Sequence record: LC765218.1
DNA length: 64,000 nt
Strand: one strand, 5' to 3'
A program made the translations under genes and the position numbers. Of the stretch, positions 48,328 through 59,363 are shown piece by piece. Position 1 is the stretch's first letter. Every line of letters starts with the position of its first letter. The notes beneath the pieces were generated by a model. The model was not told the origin of the DNA. It saw only the letters and a list, made by a program, of their open reading frames with translations, and searched no databases.

Positions 48328-49428
48328 ATGTCTTATCGTGGCCCTAAACTTAATCCTAACCAGCAATATTGGATTGAGCGTTATGTTGAACTAGCTCTGC
48401 GAGCTGGTCAAGCCGGTTCCCCTTGGAAAGTACACCACTATATTCTCAATGAAAAGGGTCTCAATACAGATAGCGAGAAGCTCCGCATCTATTATCCTTT
48501 TGGCGTTGATCGTGAAGAGTATATTAAAGAACGGATTGTCGAGATTAAGAAGAATGTCATTGAGACATTTAACCTTACTGCTTTTTCTATTAGTGGTGGT
48601 TGGGCGCTGCTTGATGCAGAAGGTATCCTCGGTTTCCTTATTGAGGGAATGGAAGGTTCAACTAGCCATGGCTTCACCATTTACTCCACTGAAGAATTTG
48701 CTCAGAAGTTCAAGGAACGTTTTGAGTCTGTATTCGATCAGACCAGACCTCCGAGCATCAAGCGCATTCGATTGAATCGTCAGAAGGATGAACTCTATGC
48801 ATGGAGTGAGGTAATTGCTACGCGTGAATACAATGATAAGCTGATGGCAATGTATCCGTTCCTGACTCGTTCCCCAGCTGAAACTTGGGAGGCATTCGCA
48901 GCATCCGATTCTAATATCCTCCTGTTGATTGGGCCGCCTGGCACGGGTAAGTCTACGTTCATTAACGAAATGGTTCGTGCACGTGGTTATGACGACCGTA
49001 ACGTATACTTGGCAGACCAAGACTCCGTACTGAGTCATGGTGATCTCACCAGCTTTATTCGTGGTGTCGAGGATAACTCGCTGATCATTACTGAAGACTC
49101 TGATAAGATGGTTGCCAAACGCGAGGATGGTAACAGTAATATGGCAGGGCTGTTGAATGCGACTGCTGGACTTGTGTCTACCAAAACCAAGATCATCATC
49201 TCTACTAATCTCCCAACTCTTCGTGATGTTGACGAGGCTCTAGTTCGTCCTGGACGTGCTTTCGATATCCTCACCTTTAAGACCCTTACGGCTGAACAAG
49301 CAAACGATGCTCGTATTGCTAACGGTCTTGAGCCTGTGGATTTCGTTGGTAATAACTTCACTCTGGCTGAAGCATTGAACACTGATGCAGCTAGTTCTCC
49401 CCGTAAAGCAAACCGTATTGGTTTCTAA
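48328..49428 (+). CDS. AAA-family ATPase
   Basis: Walker A GPPGTGKS, Walker B IITEDSD, STN sensor, arginine finger DEALVRPGR. Confidence 0.9.
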   Translation: MSYRGPKLNPNQQYWIERYVELALRAGQAGSPWKVHHYILNEKGLNTDSEKLRIYYPFGVDREEYIKERIVEIKKNVIETFNLTAFSISGGWALLDAEGILGFLIEGMEGSTSHGFTIYSTEEFAQKFKERFESVFDQTRPPSIKRIRLNRQKDELYAWSEVIATREYNDKLMAMYPFLTRSPAETWEAFAASDSNILLLIGPPGTGKSTFINEMVRARGYDDRNVYLADQDSVLSHGDLTSFIRGVEDNSLIITEDSDKMVAKREDGNSNMAGLLNATAGLVSTKTKIIISTNLPTLRDVDEALVRPGRAFDILTFKTLTAEQANDARIANGLEPVDFVGNNFTLAEALNTDAASSPRKANRIGF

Positions 49429-49437
49429 GGAAAAAGA

Positions 49438-49902
49438 ATGGCACATTCAGAAGCGTTTGAAGACGCTTGGGATCAAGTGAAAGCAGCGGTAGGTGCTGTC
49501 CCTATCGAACATCGAATAAAGATCATTGAAGCAGCTGTACGCAAGCATAAAGAAACTCTCCGTGAGCGCTGCTGGATCGAAGATGATGAAGATGGTTTCA
49601 CTGGATGGCGTTGGGATAAATATAATAAGACCCGCTACATTGTCTGTGCAGCTAACCGTTACAAAGACTACATTGTAACGGGTTCTCGCCATTACTGTGT
49701 ATCCATGAATGCGCAGATCGATCTTATCGGTATGGACGCACTCAGAGCTTATGCAGCCGATGACTATGAGCAAGGCTTCATTGATCAATACGGTGTATTC
49801 TGGTCTCGGAGTGATGCCCTGGAACACGTGAAGAAAACTGGCCAATTGCGTTACCCTGAACATTGCACACGAGATGAGCTTTTCTCGGAAGGTTTGTACT
49901 AA
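49438..49902 (+). CDS. phage protein with a conserved-looking C-terminal domain
   Basis: IVCAAN..IVTGSRH..QGFIDQYG..ELFSEGLY. Confidence 0.75.
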   Translation: MAHSEAFEDAWDQVKAAVGAVPIEHRIKIIEAAVRKHKETLRERCWIEDDEDGFTGWRWDKYNKTRYIVCAANRYKDYIVTGSRHYCVSMNAQIDLIGMDALRAYAADDYEQGFIDQYGVFWSRSDALEHVKKTGQLRYPEHCTRDELFSEGLY

Positions 49903-50216
49903 TGCTCGTTGAAACTATCGACCTTATAGAAATCGTAAAGTCTTCTAATAAGAAAACCGTTGAATTGCGTGATGCAATCGTAGGAGTACTGCGTGATCTA
50001 CTCTATGAAACCTCTAGCCTTAGAACTCGACTTAGATGTCAGTCAAAGAGAGAGGCTCCTTGGGTTCGTAAATACATTGCTAAGCGTACTGCATACAGAC
50101 ATCGACCTTTCCATTTGTCTGTACAGAGGGAAAACGGAATTACAGTTAGAGGCAGTTCATACAAACGTCGCTATATTGAAGGAACACTTCCGTTCCGCAC
50201 TAGAAGGGGCTACTAA
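49902..50216 (+). CDS. basic hypothetical protein
   Basis: 104 aa, coupled TAATG start and stop. Confidence 0.7.
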   Translation: MLVETIDLIEIVKSSNKKTVELRDAIVGVLRDLLYETSSLRTRLRCQSKREAPWVRKYIAKRTAYRHRPFHLSVQRENGITVRGSSYKRRYIEGTLPFRTRRGY

Positions 50217-50638
50217 TGTCGAAAAAGAAACAACGTCAACTCGTTACTGTCACCCTCAATGGCTTGGATATTGAGCTTAAAGATGTAGAGATCAAAAACA
50301 TTGGTCGTGGTAAAGGTGACATGTTTGTTCATCTGGAAGAACGTAATGAACGTTGGACGATCATTCACACAGATAGTCCGGTACAGAATGAAATGGGTGA
50401 TGAGCTAACCATTGAATTCAAACGTGGCGGGGATTTCCTTTTCCTGGAAGCTATTAATCCATCTGGACAGGGCTATGGTTTCGCTATTTCAAAAGCAGCT
50501 AAAATCGTTTCTGCTGGAGCGCCTAAGTTCTTGCATATTGATCAGCTGCCAGACGGATTCGAATACCGTATGAACTGGAGTGGGAATTTCTTTGATGAAT
50601 CTCGCTGCATTCAATCGATCGTAATTAAAAAGCAATGA
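50216..50638 (+). CDS. hypothetical protein
   Basis: 140 aa, coupled start. Confidence 0.75.
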   Translation: MSKKKQRQLVTVTLNGLDIELKDVEIKNIGRGKGDMFVHLEERNERWTIIHTDSPVQNEMGDELTIEFKRGGDFLFLEAINPSGQGYGFAISKAAKIVSAGAPKFLHIDQLPDGFEYRMNWSGNFFDESRCIQSIVIKKQ

Positions 50639-50709
50639 GGTCCTAACATGCCTATCTACAACCAAGTGTTTCCTGGCTTTATTAACATAGAGCCAAAGGA
50701 GGCACTCTC

Positions 50710-50871
50710 ATGTCGCGTAGCAATCATTCCAAACACCAGTCCGCCAAAGAGTTCTGGAGCCGTCGTCCAATGCGCTATTTCACTTCCTGTAAATGGGCTA
50801 AAGTGAAATGCCATCGGATCGAACGAGCACAAGCCCGTAATCTGGTTAGGAAAGAAGTGGACAAGCTGTAA
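50710..50871 (+). CDS. small Arg/Lys-rich protein (53 aa; not in ORF track)
   Basis: AAGGAGG RBS; MSRSNHSKHQSAKEFWSRRPMRYFTSCKWAKVKCHRIERAQARNLVRKEVDKL; terminator follows. Confidence 0.75.
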   Translation: MSRSNHSKHQSAKEFWSRRPMRYFTSCKWAKVKCHRIERAQARNLVRKEVDKL

Positions 50872-50875
50872 CTAG

Positions 50876-50910
50876 AAAAGGGAGCTTCGGCTCCCCTTTT
50901 TATTTCTTTT
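50876..50910 (+). terminator. terminator
   Basis: AAAAGGGAGC-TTCG-GCTCCCCTTTTT. Confidence 0.8.
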
Positions 50911-50921
50911 TGGAAATAGCG

Positions 50922-51659
50922 ATGAACCCATTGATCTTATTCTCGGGTGGATTAGATTCCACTTACATGCTTCAGCAGTATCTTCAAAAAGGTTCGGTGG
51001 ATGTCATGTACATCAATGCTGGTCAAGACGAAGAAAAGATGAAGTTAGAACTCAGGCAACGACAAGTAATCCTTGAAAAGTTTTCTGAGTTCTACCCTTA
51101 CAAAGTACAAGCGCAATATGAACGTCTGAAAAGTACCCAGTTACAAGGTGATAATACCAAATGGTCACAAGTTGCACCGTGGTTATTTGGGGCGCTAGCT
51201 ATAGCTGATTCGGCTCGACATAGCAAGTTGATGATAGGGTATGTCAGTGATGATGGTGCCTACTTCGGATCACATCTACGGTACATCGAAGACGCTTGGT
51301 ATAATCTACAAAAGGTATCTTGCGTTAATGATCCTATTCCAATTGAGTTCCCTTTACTCGGCATGACGAAGGTCGATATTCTTCGTGATCTAGATAAGAG
51401 AGTACTGAACGACATTTGGATATGTGAGACACCTACTAATGAAAAACATTGTGGCAAATGTAAGCCGTGTGTAACCATGACTCGTGTTCTTAGCGATTAC
51501 AAAATTCGACATAAGGAAACTGTATTTGCTACAGCTCGCAGAGCACTGATTCCACATAAGTTTCCAGTGGATAGATACCCAGGTCCGATGGATAAAGATC
51601 ACAACCATTATGTCTTTAACATGGCTGGTCCAGATTACTACAAAATCCCGAGGCACTGA
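50922..51659 (+). CDS. queC: QueC-like PP-loop ATPase (7-cyano-7-deazaguanine synthase family)
   Basis: FSGGLDST PP-loop; PLLGMTK; zinc site C-x7-CGKCKPC. Confidence 0.8.
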   Translation: MNPLILFSGGLDSTYMLQQYLQKGSVDVMYINAGQDEEKMKLELRQRQVILEKFSEFYPYKVQAQYERLKSTQLQGDNTKWSQVAPWLFGALAIADSARHSKLMIGYVSDDGAYFGSHLRYIEDAWYNLQKVSCVNDPIPIEFPLLGMTKVDILRDLDKRVLNDIWICETPTNEKHCGKCKPCVTMTRVLSDYKIRHKETVFATARRALIPHKFPVDRYPGPMDKDHNHYVFNMAGPDYYKIPRH

Positions 51660-51660
51660 A

Positions 51661-52137
51661 ATGACAGACAAGAACAAAGACGAATCTATTATTGTACTTA
51701 GTGCGAATGCATTCGAAGAACTGATGGCGTATGCGAGGATAGGCTGTGAAGAAGCTGGTTGCCCTGAGAAAGCAAACTCTCTGCACAAGCATGCACGTAA
51801 GCGCAACACTTGGTTGCGTGATAAACACATGCAAGATACTCAAGAGGCTCGTCGTAACTATGCTAACCTGAAACAACAGGTCAAGCAGTTCGTTGGTGCT
51901 CATGGCGGCACTACTGTTTACATGCGTTATGACGAATTCGTCGTTATCCCGGTTAAGGTACTTGCTGTCTATCTTCCCAACCGAGTTAAGATCCGTGTCA
52001 AAGAACATGGTTTCAATGGCGGCGAGAAATTGGTTGATCTGAGCCAATTGACTATCACCAAACCGGCAGGCACATGGACACCGATGGAACTTGCCCAGCT
52101 TCAATGGGATTCATCGAAGAGTCGCTATCGTGGCTAG
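51661..52137 (+). CDS. hypothetical protein (paralog of 53324-53902)
   Basis: Start refined to 51661; shared N-terminal pattern. Confidence 0.75.
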   Translation: MTDKNKDESIIVLSANAFEELMAYARIGCEEAGCPEKANSLHKHARKRNTWLRDKHMQDTQEARRNYANLKQQVKQFVGAHGGTTVYMRYDEFVVIPVKVLAVYLPNRVKIRVKEHGFNGGEKLVDLSQLTITKPAGTWTPMELAQLQWDSSKSRYRG

Positions 52138-52783
52138 GGGATACATGGCAATCGTAGGTTCTCGTAACGTACCCGAATGGATCCTTGAGGTAATGATCCG
52201 TCTTGGTCGTACACTCACGGACTACGGTTGGGCTATTAGTTCAGGCGACGCCTATGATTCTGATCGGGCTGGTTGGTATGGTGCAAAGCAGTCGCGTAAG
52301 TATGGTGAGGTAGGCGCTAGGATCTATCTCGCTAGTGGTACAGGTAGAAGCTTCTATCGTATTCGTGATAATGCTTTCTTTATGGATGCGTCTCAGTTCA
52401 CTGATACATGGGCTACAGCTGAAAGTATGGCTGCTTGTGCTCGTGGTAGTTTTGGTGGGTTGAACGATTACGGTAAAGCTCTCCATACTCGGAACGTCTT
52501 CCAGATCCATGGTCATACTCTCGATGAGTTGGTCACTGGTATTTTCTATTATGCCGTCCCTAAGGGGAAACGTGAGAATGAAGTGGTGAACGGTGGTACT
52601 AATACAGCAGTTCGCTTAAGTGTTAATGCTGGTGTTCCTATCCGTAAGAACCTGTACTACGATGATGACTTAAAATGGGTCATCAAGTTCCTAGATAAAT
52701 ACGAGCTTGATTATCCATACGAGCCGATTGACTGGACAGCTATCCATCATCCACAAGACCCGAGGATACTTGATTTTGAATAA
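52130..52783 (+). CDS. SLOG-superfamily (DprA/Smf-like) protein
   Basis: AIVGSRN, SSGDAYDSD, GGTNTAV motifs; GTG start at 52130. Confidence 0.75.
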   Translation: MARGYMAIVGSRNVPEWILEVMIRLGRTLTDYGWAISSGDAYDSDRAGWYGAKQSRKYGEVGARIYLASGTGRSFYRIRDNAFFMDASQFTDTWATAESMAACARGSFGGLNDYGKALHTRNVFQIHGHTLDELVTGIFYYAVPKGKRENEVVNGGTNTAVRLSVNAGVPIRKNLYYDDDLKWVIKFLDKYELDYPYEPIDWTAIHHPQDPRILDFE

Positions 52784-53168
52784 ACAAATAAAAGGCGTCA
52801 TATTCAAGAATTCCCCTATTGATCCGATTGAGTTCGGCAAACAACTCAAACGTAACACAGGGGAAACATACAAACTGGAAAAAATCAAAGGTACTCTGAA
52901 TTCAGCTAATGCGTCAGTTCAATGGCAACATGTTCATCAACGCCCATTGGATGAACAGATGATTTTGGCTAATATTGAATTGACTATAATTGAAGAAATC
53001 TTACTGGGTAACGATGTAGAGGGTATGTATGAACGTTTGTTGCAACAAGCTATTTCGCTCGATGGGTCGGAACCGAAGAGCACTGTTTGTGGATGCTTCT
53101 CTTGTAGAAACGTTATCTTCGGAAAAAGAGCTCCCACCTATCAATTGGAGAAAAGCCGTGACAATTAA
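52707..53168 (+). CDS. hypothetical protein (true start probably TTG near 52770-52776)
   Basis: Fills the operon gap; GAGGA RBS before TTG; C-terminal CGCFSC. Confidence 0.65.
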   Translation: MIIHTSRLTGQLSIIHKTRGYLILNKQIKGVIFKNSPIDPIEFGKQLKRNTGETYKLEKIKGTLNSANASVQWQHVHQRPLDEQMILANIELTIIEEILLGNDVEGMYERLLQQAISLDGSEPKSTVCGCFSCRNVIFGKRAPTYQLEKSRDN

Positions 53169-53337
53169 AGCATCTGAGGATTGGGTTCGTCGGAAACTCA
53201 AACTGTCAATGAAAGGAGATGAAAATCCAATCATTGAACTCGCTGAGAAATATGAATTCCGTAAAGCAGAGTTTAATCCGGACCACCTTAAGAAACATTA
53301 CTTTACCACTAACGGAGATTCCCATGCAACGCAATAA
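53158..53337 (+). CDS. small hypothetical protein
   Basis: GTG start with GGAG RBS, 59 aa. Confidence 0.6.
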   Translation: MTIKASEDWVRRKLKLSMKGDENPIIELAEKYEFRKAEFNPDHLKKHYFTTNGDSHATQ

Positions 53338-53902
53338 TGATCCGCAACAAATTATCATGTCCATCGAAGCATACAACAATCTTGTTGCTATGGCCGATAC
53401 CTCGCCGCGTTATAGCACCAAACTGATTCGACGACATGTTCGAAAAATGAATCCTTTCCTGCAACCAGCACATCAGAAAGCGGTTAGAGAAGCAGAGATT
53501 ATTCGCACGAAACGTATTAGGGAAGCACGAGCTTTCTTTGAAGCTAATCATGGTAAACTTCTTTACGCTGAAGTGGACTTGGGTAGTCTTAAGCAAGGTG
53601 ATGATCCCGTTTACTTCCCTTGTGTATCGGAACGGATTGACCGTAACCGTCAATGTATCCGAATTCACCATGTGAATGATACAGGTGAAAATATTCGTAC
53701 ACGAATTGTTACTGCTGATATTTTGACCACTGAGCTCCCGGATGGTTATATCCAAGGTATCTGGCATTTCCGTGACTATCTCGTAAAAGAGAATGGACCT
53801 TATGACCTTCGTGAGCAAGAAAAGCAACGGGAGATTTCACTTAAGAAATATGTAGATTCTCTTCCGGCATACAAAGGCGATGAAATTCTGGTAGAGCGTT
53901 GA
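53324..53902 (+). CDS. hypothetical protein (paralog of 51661-52137)
   Basis: Start refined to 53324 (GGAG RBS). Confidence 0.75.
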   Translation: MQRNNDPQQIIMSIEAYNNLVAMADTSPRYSTKLIRRHVRKMNPFLQPAHQKAVREAEIIRTKRIREARAFFEANHGKLLYAEVDLGSLKQGDDPVYFPCVSERIDRNRQCIRIHHVNDTGENIRTRIVTADILTTELPDGYIQGIWHFRDYLVKENGPYDLREQEKQREISLKKYVDSLPAYKGDEILVER

Positions 53903-53950
53903 TTTACTGACCATGTTAATAGTGTACGTCTCCAACAGGTAAATTAAAAA

Positions 53951-54595
53951 ATGACAGTTCTCTCTGATAAAACAATTCGTGAATACTGCGAAGGCACAAT
54001 GGTCGGTGCACATGGTCCAATGATAGAACCATTTCACGGTTCGTCAGTGAAAGAAGATAGTCATGGAAAGCGTATCGCTTCCTATGGTCTGTCCTCTGGG
54101 GGTTATGATCTTCGAGCTGGTACTGAGTTTAAAGTATTCAAGCCTCTACCTAAGTTCACTCTTTGGCAACGTTTCAAAGCCTGGGTAACAGGTAAAGAAC
54201 TTGAACACCCTGTACTGGATTACAAGAACATCAGCGCTGATCTGTTTGATACAGTCTACGGTGATAAAGTTGTAGTTCCCCCAGGTGGTTTCCTTCTGAC
54301 TCATTCGAAAGAGTATGTTCGAATGCCTCGGAATGTAATCGCAATGTGTATTGGTAAATCTACCATCGCGCGAGCTGGTTGGAACTGTCTGTGTACTCCA
54401 ATCGAGCCAGGTTGGGAAGGACATATCACGTTCGAGTTCCAGAACACTACTAATCGCCCTAACGTGTTCTATGCACATGAAGGTGTTTTGCAACTGGTGT
54501 TCCATGATCTCGATCAAGATTGTGAAACTTCCTATGCAGATCGTGGTGGTAAATACATGAAACAGGCAGATAAGGTTATTCTGCCTCGGGTATAA
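53951..54595 (+). CDS. dcd: dCTP deaminase
   Basis: SYGLSSGGYDLR, GKSTIARAG, TPIEPGWEGHITFE, YADRGGKY. Confidence 0.95.
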   Translation: MTVLSDKTIREYCEGTMVGAHGPMIEPFHGSSVKEDSHGKRIASYGLSSGGYDLRAGTEFKVFKPLPKFTLWQRFKAWVTGKELEHPVLDYKNISADLFDTVYGDKVVVPPGGFLLTHSKEYVRMPRNVIAMCIGKSTIARAGWNCLCTPIEPGWEGHITFEFQNTTNRPNVFYAHEGVLQLVFHDLDQDCETSYADRGGKYMKQADKVILPRV

Positions 54596-54638
54596 TTTAT
54601 TAAGGTGGTTTGGTTTACATTTAAGCCTTTTTAAAGGC

Positions 54639-54646
54639 TATATTAC
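54639..54646 (+). promoter_or_regulatory. early promoter TATATTAC
   Basis: Exact motif; about 40-nt context closely matches the 2557 promoter. Confidence 0.85.
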
Positions 54647-54684
54647 AAATGTGAACTACAAACCACCAATAGGAGAATACAAGC

Positions 54685-55152
54685 ATGGCACGCGTTAAAT
54701 TCAACTCGCTTAAAGACCTTATTGCTGCTCAAGGTCCTATTGCAACTGTACCGGCACCCAAGAAAGAAAAGAAGAAGGCAGAGCCTGTAGCTACACCTAA
54801 AACTGCTCTTCCGATGCCTACAGTACCTAAGCGAGTGAAGAACAAGAAGAAAGATCCGGTACATCGTCCTGCACCTGAAAAGGAAATTCGCTACGCCCAA
54901 GTAACGGATTTCCGCGTTAAACCCGAGGGGCAGAAAGAGGTCTCCAAGCCGGACCAATCTGGTTTGTCTGAACTGGGTCACTTTAAAAATAAACTTGATT
55001 GTCTCGGTCTTGAACTGTTTGGTTGTGAAGTTCGCAAGAAGAAAGAATTCGCTGATGAGTTCTTTAATGATGCAACTGAGACACCGACTCAACGGGCAAT
55101 GATCAAAGAGTTCCAAGATCTCTATGATTCTAAGTTCCGTGTAAAGGTTTAA
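54685..55152 (+). CDS. Lys/Pro-rich basic early protein
   Basis: 155 aa, AGGAG RBS, KKEKKK and KNKKK tracts; monocistronic unit. Confidence 0.8.
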   Translation: MARVKFNSLKDLIAAQGPIATVPAPKKEKKKAEPVATPKTALPMPTVPKRVKNKKKDPVHRPAPEKEIRYAQVTDFRVKPEGQKEVSKPDQSGLSELGHFKNKLDCLGLELFGCEVRKKKEFADEFFNDATETPTQRAMIKEFQDLYDSKFRVKV

Positions 55153-55159
55153 AACATAG

Positions 55160-55200
55160 TGCTCCTACCCAAAGGTAGGAGCATTTGCTTTCTTTTTATT
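55160..55200 (+). terminator. terminator
   Basis: TGCTCCTACC-CAAA-GGTAGGAGCA followed by a T-rich tract. Confidence 0.8.
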
Positions 55201-55212
55201 TTTTCTCAGATC

Positions 55213-55220
55213 TACATTAT
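55213..55220 (+). promoter_or_regulatory. early promoter variant TACATTAT
   Basis: CAGATCTA context shared with the 4471 and 62506 sites. Confidence 0.5.
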
Positions 55221-55249
55221 CAAAATGTATAACTATCGGAGATTTGTTT

Positions 55250-57839
<2,590 letters not shown>

Positions 57840-57857
57840 CTATCCTAGGAGATTACA

Positions 57858-58109
57858 ATGTTCGCGTCTATTAAAGAATGGTTCCGTAACCATATCCGTT
57901 CTATCCGGATTGCCAAGCTGGAAGAAAAACACCGTAAAGACGTTAAGGCTTTCCTCGATAAGATCGATAAATGGGGTCTGACTGTCCGTAAAGGTCGTGT
58001 AGTTGGAAATGCAAAAGATATCAGCATTTCCAATGATGCACGCGTCGAGCTTGAAGTTGAATATAAGACCATCGTATGGGAACATCAGCAAGCGTTGAAA
58101 GCGCTGTAG
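57858..58109 (+). CDS. small hypothetical protein
   Basis: 83 aa, AGGAG RBS. Confidence 0.8.
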   Translation: MFASIKEWFRNHIRSIRIAKLEEKHRKDVKAFLDKIDKWGLTVRKGRVVGNAKDISISNDARVELEVEYKTIVWEHQQALKAL

Positions 58110-58144
58110 GTTCCCTTCCATTAGGATCGGTCGAGGTCTCAATA

Positions 58145-58354
58145 ATGAAAAAGCTGCGATTGGTTAAAGTAATAGCTAAACGGGTTCTCTGGGTATTGAC
58201 TTTTATTGCCCGAGTCCAGATAGTTGATCCCATCGTGAAAGCAAAAGCCCGGCGTGCTGGATTCTATAGTAACCCTGTAGATCGTTCGTTGGAATGGAAA
58301 CTTGCAGATGCGAACTTCCATGCTGACTACAACCTTGCACGTGCAGTTAAATAA
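58145..58354 (+). CDS. small basic hypothetical protein
   Basis: ATG 58145 with GAGGT RBS, 69 aa. Confidence 0.65.
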   Translation: MKKLRLVKVIAKRVLWVLTFIARVQIVDPIVKAKARRAGFYSNPVDRSLEWKLADANFHADYNLARAVK

Positions 58355-58356
58355 AA

Positions 58357-58384
58357 ATAGCCTGTCCAGATGGACAGGCTATAT
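58357..58384 (+). terminator. terminator-like hairpin
   Basis: ATAGCCTGTCC-AGAT-GGACAGGCTAT. Confidence 0.7.
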
Positions 58385-58398
58385 TCCGTGAGGTCCTG

Positions 58399-58887
58399 AT
58401 GATTGGATTATTTAAGATGTGGCGGGGTTTCCGTAAAGTGCATTCACTACATCGTGAAGGTACACAAGCGATGTGGTTTAGACTACAAAGACTTGATCCT
58501 AAGCGGAAGTTGTTCAACCCTAATAAAATGAAAGAGTCTATTGCTCTGATTGACTTCTTGACTAATGTTAGTATTGGACTAGGTGATGAATTCACACGTT
58601 TCCTAATCGAGTCAATTGGAGATAATCGTAACTGCGACATTATTGCAAGAGAGCTCCGCGAATGGCATCGTAATACCGATGTATTGGCGAAGATTTTCTC
58701 GTTAGCATATACACAAGAAAATGCCGCAGCTCAAAGATATGCAATACTATTAGCTAAAGAACTCTCGTCTTTTATGCCGGAAAATGTGTACCTATGGTAT
58801 AGTCGAGTACGTTTTGCTGTTAGGAAACAATTGCATGAACTCGATAAGGGTAGACCAGAACCGTCACCCTGGGAAGCAAATTTGTAA
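58399..58887 (+). CDS. hypothetical protein
   Basis: 162 aa, GAGGT RBS. Confidence 0.75.
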   Translation: MIGLFKMWRGFRKVHSLHREGTQAMWFRLQRLDPKRKLFNPNKMKESIALIDFLTNVSIGLGDEFTRFLIESIGDNRNCDIIARELREWHRNTDVLAKIFSLAYTQENAAAQRYAILLAKELSSFMPENVYLWYSRVRFAVRKQLHELDKGRPEPSPWEANL

Positions 58888-58973
58888 GCAACACCCTCAA
58901 ACCGAAATGGCATATTACTCCTTCCGGATAGGATGGGGTAATATGTTGTCTATGCTATTTAAAGGAAATAGGA

Positions 58974-59363
58974 ATGTACGAACATAAAGAAGCCATGAAC
59001 AATATGCACCAGCGTATAGCTCTGCACAATGACTACTATAATGTCGTTATCGGCGGTATAAGGATGACCGATGAAAACGGCAATGTATTCGTAGTGGAAG
59101 GTGGTAGGAAGATGAAAGTTCGTCGCAGTAGTATCTTCCTGAAGAAACGAATTGGGAAGAAACGGCATAAAAAGGAACAGGATCAAAATGACATCCTTAA
59201 ATGGATTTATGATCTCAGGATGTATCTGGTCGAAGCAAATGGCGAAGATGAACGTGTAATTATTGACCAGTTCAAAAACAAAATGAAGAGTGTCAACAAC
59301 ATGTACTTTAAGGCGCCGTTAATGAATCATTACGTCAGTGTAGCGATGGGTGACACATTGTGA
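58974..59363 (+). CDS. hypothetical protein (paralog of 59360-59743)
   Basis: Shared C-terminal pattern; AGGA RBS. Confidence 0.7.
   Translation: MYEHKEAMNNMHQRIALHNDYYNVVIGGIRMTDENGNVFVVEGGRKMKVRRSSIFLKKRIGKKRHKKEQDQNDILKWIYDLRMYLVEANGEDERVIIDQFKNKMKSVNNMYFKAPLMNHYVSVAMGDTL

Noticed and set aside
50922-54595. Complete 7-deazaguanine DNA-modification cluster
   Set aside because: Only a QueC-like gene is recognisable; it is kept as an orphan-QueC finding.
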